DNA of 63,772 nt, the filler included, from Folioceros fuciformis (taxonomy: Eukaryota): NCBI GenBank assembly GCA_049999805.1. It is 7 parts of 7 records of this genome, joined end to end, with 100 filler letters (N's around TTAATTAATTAA, not from the genome) between each part and the next. Parts side by side here need not be neighbours in the genome. Positions count along the whole stretch, not along the records: positions 61,068 to 63,772 come from JBNGIO010006134.1; 6 more parts are not named here. One strand, written 5' to 3'. The stretch's first letter is position 1. Each line of letters begins with the position of its first letter. Shown piece after piece: positions 62,157 through 63,772 of this stretch. The position numbers and the translations under genes are program-made. The notes under the pieces were generated by a model. The model was given only the letters and a program-made list of their open reading frames with translations, was not told the origin of the DNA and made no database searches.

Positions 62157-62896
62157 CTAAGTGCTATACGAGACGGGTTCCACAAGTTCCAAATCATAAT
62201 CTAAAGAATGCGCAATGCACTCGATTGCCCGGGCTTGCTCATAGGTCAGAGGCTCCCGTACTATTCTCCAGGTCTTCTTGAACCTCTCAAGTCTATTTGC
62301 ACTGTCAAACTTCGTGTTATGCACATGCCCAGAAAGAGTCTTGTATATTGTAACCATACCATTTGCGTATTGCTCCTCAGATGCCCAACCTGTGTCCTTC
62401 CGTAAACAGTTACTCAGTTTAGGGTGGGCCTTGCAGACTGCAGCCCACCAAGCTTTCCTATTTGTGTCTGGACGACCAAACTTCAACCCTACAATCACCT
62501 CCAGTTTGTCTTGGAAGAACTCAAAGCCTCCTTTCAGAGTATTGGAGTTCGAAGCCCTCAACAGGTCGTACTCCAGACATTGGATTCGGAATTTCGTATT
62601 CTCCTCCATCACCTTGATCTCCTTCTCCTTGTCTGCGATTGTCTTCTCCTTATCTGCGATCATCTTCTCCTTGTCTGCGATTGTCTTCTCCTTATCTGCG
62701 ATCATCTTCTGCATGACCTCTCCTTGTCTGCAATCATCTTCTGCATGACCTCAACGCTCCTTGCCAACAACTCCAAGAGCTCATCCCACTTGGGAGGATT
62801 CTCTTCCTTCTTGAGAAAATCCAGAATGATCCAACTTATATCATGCTTTAGTCTTGAACTAGGAGAAATAAATCTGTCTTCATGCTTGATGAACAC
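62157..62896 (-). CDS. Orphan coiled-coil protein with C-terminal helical domain (HEPN-like YxxLSxxxH); apparent frameshift near 62715-62745
   Basis: 185-aa ORF with 21-bp/7-aa IADKEKT/M repeats, plus an overlapping upstream ORF (62702-62896) ending in the same repeat. Confidence 0.55.
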
Positions 62897-62995
62897 AACA
62901 AACGATCTGTCAGCAACAACAGCCGATCTGTCAGCAACAACAGCGCCATCACAAACAAGACTCCATGAAGAGAACAGAAGAGAGAGCAGGCAACC

Positions 62996-63772
62996 TTGCC
63001 CTGTTCCGAGCTACATGTCCCTGCCCTGCCCCTGCCCTGTTTCGAGCTACAGGTCCCTGCCCTGTTCCGAGCTACAGGTCCCTGCCCTGCCCCTGCCCTG
63101 TTTCGAGCTACAGGTCCCTGCCCTGTTCCGAGCTATAGGTGTATGCTGCATGCTGCATCCTGGCCCAAGCACTTGGATACATACATTTTCCCCAGCCAGC
63201 CAACCAACACCCGCTCCCCAAAGCAAAACCCTTGTTTTATCCTGTCCTATCCCGAGATCCTGGCCCAAGCACTTGGATACATACATTTTTTCCCAGCCAG
63301 CCTCCCTCCCACCGCCCGTTCCCCAAAGCAAAACCCTTTTCATGTCCTGTACTGTCCCCAAGCTACAGCTGCATACTGCATCCTGGCCCAAGAACATTGA
63401 TGCATTTAGTTTTTCCCGGCCAGCCAGCCACCGCCCCTTTTTTTCCCAGCCAGCCTGTCTCCCACCGCCCGTTCCCCAAACCAAAATCCTTGTTCTGCCC
63501 TGTTCTGTCCCGAGCTCCAACTGCATACTGCATCCTAACCCAAGCACTTGGATGCATTTTTTTTTTTCCTAGCCCGCCTGTCTCCCACCTCCCCTTCTCC
63601 AAAGTAAAATCCTTGTTCTCCCCTGTTTTGTCCCGAGCTCCAACTGCATGCTGCATCCTGCATCCTAGCCAAGCACTTGGATGCATCTACTTTTTCCCCA
63701 AGCACTTGGATGCATCTACTTTTTCCCCAAGCACTTCGATGCATCTATTTTTTCCCAGCCAGCCTGTCACCC
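62996..63772. repeat. Composite satellite/minisatellite
   Basis: 25-36-bp CCCTGTTCCGAGCTACAGGT units, then about 115-125-bp units sharing CCAAGCACTTGGAT, then about 30-bp subunits. Confidence 0.85.

Noticed and set aside
62424-63572. 382-aa plus-strand ORF
   Set aside because: It is the antisense of the heptad ORF plus stop-poor satellite sequence.

Overview
Land-plant nuclear DNA, most likely from a hornwort (GRP-ending DYW:KP PPR protein, compact genes with short introns). It is not one locus. Six 100-bp N-TTAATTAATTAA-N linkers join seven scaffolds (1-5809, 5910-21591, 21692-25723, 25824-47842, 47943-52469, 52570-60967, 61068-63772), so adjacency across linkers means nothing. Scaffold 1 holds two apparently identical tandem copies (4027-bp period) of a PLS-class PPR-E1-E2-DYW:KP(GRP) gene, a candidate U-to-C RNA editor. 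Its N-terminus, missed by the ORF track, carries an OSB-type PDF single-stranded nucleic-acid-binding motif; this is the most interesting signal in the window. Scaffolds 2, 3, 5 and 6 are mostly nested Copia/Gypsy retrotransposons. They include a LINE ORF1 fragment lodged in a Copia gag and a Copia inserted into an ARP8 exon. Scaffold 4 is a dense gene island: UPF0426, TIM22-2/HP20-like, PME31-like, a small conserved protein, PUS5-like head-to-head with TRM61, and TIR1/AFB, followed by about 7.7 kb of gene-free, microsatellite-rich DNA upstream of TIR1. Scaffold 7 has PPR relics, an orphan coiled-coil + HEPN-like ORF and a satellite. All family assignments are by visual motif recognition, without database searches.
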